A stretch of DNA of 64,000 nt from Candidatus Tenderia sp. (lineage in GTDB: Bacteria; Pseudomonadota; Gammaproteobacteria; Tenderiales; Tenderiaceae). The notes under the pieces are model-generated. The model was not told the DNA's origin. It saw nothing but the letters and a program-made list of their open reading frames with translations, and searched no databases. Shown piece after piece: positions 62,076 through 64,000 of this stretch (positions are counted from its first letter, which is position 1; the number at the start of each line of letters is the position of its first letter). The position numbers and the translations under genes were made by a program. The stretch spans positions 1 to 64,000 of the forward strand of contig JANOSY010000056.1 in assembly GCA_031416075.1 (NCBI GenBank), given 5' to 3'.

Positions 62076-64000
62076 ATGAAAAACGTCGTTGTATTTTTAA
62101 AAAGCAGGATTTTTATCTCCATTGTTGGCCTCGTTCTTCTGTCGTTATTGATCTGGTTTGTTGGCCCGTTGATTAAGTTTGGGGCCAATAATTTTGCCCC
62201 GCTTGGCGAGGCCATCTATAGACTGTTTGTCATCCTGTCGATTGTGGTGCTGTGGGGCCTGAATGTTTTACGAATCCAATTGCGTGATAGTAAAAAAGAT
62301 AGGGAGTTGTTGGCAGGTCTGCAAGGACATGGATATGAACAAGCCATTGATCAGGGAGCGATTCAGTCAGCCGACGAGCTTGAACAGATAAACGAAACAT
62401 TTTCACAAGCACTGGCAACACTTAAAAAGGTGAAGTTTTCAGGGGGTGGTCGTCGCAAGGCGCTCTACGAGCTGCCCTGGTACATTATTATCGGCCCCCC
62501 GGGCGCAGGTAAAACCACCGCGCTGGTCAACTCAACACTGGAATTTCCTCTGGCGGAGCAGTTTGGCAAGGGGGCGCTTCATGGTGTAGGTGGTACGCGC
62601 AATTGCGATTGGTGGTTCACTAATGACGCTGTACTAATTGATACTGCAGGTCGGTATACCACGCAAGACAGCCACAGGGTTGCTGACAGCGCAGTGTGGA
62701 ACGGTTTTCTTGAGCTGCTGAGAAAAAAACGCCGCCGCCGCCCAATCAATGGGGTCATTGTTGCCATTAGTTTGCAGGATGTCATGATGCAAACTGATGT
62801 TGAACGCAGTGAACATGCAAAAACCATCAGGGCACGAGTTGATGAGTTGATGGAAAAACTGGGGATTCGTATTCCTATTTATCTGGTGTTTACCAAAAGT
62901 GACCTGGTGGCAGGATTTGCAGAGTTTTTTGAAGACCTTAATAAAGAAGAGCGAGAGCAGGTGTGGGGGATCTCCATGCCTGATATGCCAGACGTCTCCA
63001 GAAGCCCAGACTTTAATCTGTTTGCACAAGAGTACAAAAAGCTCCTATCAAGAATCTACGAACGGGTGATGTCGCGTATTCATCAAGAGCGGGATACACG
63101 GCGTAGAGGGGCCATTTTTGGTTTCCCTCAGCAGATGGAAGCTTTGGGGCCAGCATTGCAGAGTTTTGTCCAACAGGTATTTGTTAAAAACAGGTACCAG
63201 CACCAACCCTATATGCGTGGTGCCTACTTCTGTAGTGGCACACAAGATGGAACCTCTATTGACCGTTTGATGACACAGGTTTCCAACAGTTTTGGCATCC
63301 CCCGTATTGCGGTGCAGCCAACATATGCTCAAGGCAAAAGCTTTTTTCTGGGCGATCTTTTCCGGTTGGTTATATTTCCAGAGGCGGAATTAGCAGGGGC
63401 AAATAGACGTAACGAAATGTTGGAACGCTGGTCTAGACGGGGGGTGTACATCGGTGGGGCCGTTGTGCTCGTGGGTGCCACACTTGCGTGGTTGGGCAGT
63501 TTTACGCAACACGCGCTTTATGTACAAGAGGTAGATCTCCATCTGCAGGAGTTCAAAGAAGTGCGTAGCAAGCTCCCTTCCGTAAATGCCACTCCAGTAG
63601 CTGTTCTGCCCGCATTAAATGCGCTTGAAAAAGCCAGCACGGTGTATGACCAGGAGAAACATCCATGGTTGTCTGGGCTTGGTCTGTACGATGCAAGTGT
63701 TGATAAAAATGCCAATTTGGCTTACCAGACCCAGCTGCAAAAGCTATATCTTCCCAGTGTTATCAATTATCTTGAAAACAGCCTCAAAAATGAAATTCAG
63801 GACGGTGATCTATATAACTCATTTAGAGTTTATATGATGTTTAATAAGCATCAGCATATGGATAAAGCTGTGATGAAAAAATGGTTTGCTTCCGCCTGGG
63901 CGTCAGATTACAGCGGGCAGAATGCTGTCAATGATGAGCTTAACAGGCATTTGGCTGCACTTATGGAGATAGAGTGGCAGCCGGTTGAGTTGAATAAACA
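62076..64000 (+). CDS. tssM: T6SS membrane subunit TssM (IcmF), partial; runs off the window's right edge
   Basis: Absent from the ORF track because no stop lies in the window. Reads MKNVVVFLKSRIFISIVGLVLLSLLIWFVGPL...LYELPWYIIIGPPGAGKTT...GTRNCDWWF...DTAGRYTTQDS. Confidence 0.95.
   Translation, partial: MKNVVVFLKSRIFISIVGLVLLSLLIWFVGPLIKFGANNFAPLGEAIYRLFVILSIVVLWGLNVLRIQLRDSKKDRELLAGLQGHGYEQAIDQGAIQSADELEQINETFSQALATLKKVKFSGGGRRKALYELPWYIIIGPPGAGKTTALVNSTLEFPLAEQFGKGALHGVGGTRNCDWWFTNDAVLIDTAGRYTTQDSHRVADSAVWNGFLELLRKKRRRRPINGVIVAISLQDVMMQTDVERSEHAKTIRARVDELMEKLGIRIPIYLVFTKSDLVAGFAEFFEDLNKEEREQVWGISMPDMPDVSRSPDFNLFAQEYKKLLSRIYERVMSRIHQERDTRRRGAIFGFPQQMEALGPALQSFVQQVFVKNRYQHQPYMRGAYFCSGTQDGTSIDRLMTQVSNSFGIPRIAVQPTYAQGKSFFLGDLFRLVIFPEAELAGANRRNEMLERWSRRGVYIGGAVVLVGATLAWLGSFTQHALYVQEVDLHLQEFKEVRSKLPSVNATPVAVLPALNALEKASTVYDQEKHPWLSGLGLYDASVDKNANLAYQTQLQKLYLPSVINYLENSLKNEIQDGDLYNSFRVYMMFNKHQHMDKAVMKKWFASAWASDYSGQNAVNDELNRHLAALMEIEWQPVELNK

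Overview
A 64-kb window of gammaproteobacterial character, judged from gene content. It has three zones. (1) 1-7 kb is a decaying accessory island on the minus strand: two IS5-family ends, a split filamentous-haemagglutinin (TpsA)-like adhesin, a Tae4-type amidase with a small 2-TM partner, a repeat lipoprotein, a class-3 lipase with an upstream lipoprotein partner, and a further pseudogene. (2) 7-41 kb is mostly housekeeping and signalling: gnd-zwf-pgi, a PAS-GGDEF-EAL protein, aceE-aceF-(orphan membrane gene)-lpdA, a PEP-CTERM-like protein, a phosphodiesterase-family protein, an HDOD protein, argG-ppnP-gloA, hemerythrin, an RR/PhnD-like/histidine-kinase/RR operon, a PhoX-like phosphatase with a Pho-box-like repeat, and a MoxR-DUF58-VWA-BatD operon interrupted by a broken thiolase-like gene. 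(3) 41-64 kb is a divergently arranged type VI secretion cluster (tssA-B-C-C-E-F-G-H and tagH-tssJ-K-L-M). No hcp, vgrG or PAAR gene lies in the window. The minus arm continues into a four-gene TPR module resembling the envelope part of the Agl-Glt machinery without its motor. The most notable signals are (a) a 22-24-nt covarying mini-hairpin found both in frame inside a transposase and in an intergenic palindrome 12 kb away, (b) the T6SS-linked Glt-like TPR module, and (c) an attC-like relic at the end of the Tae4/partner pair. All family assignments come from motif recognition by eye; no database search was run.
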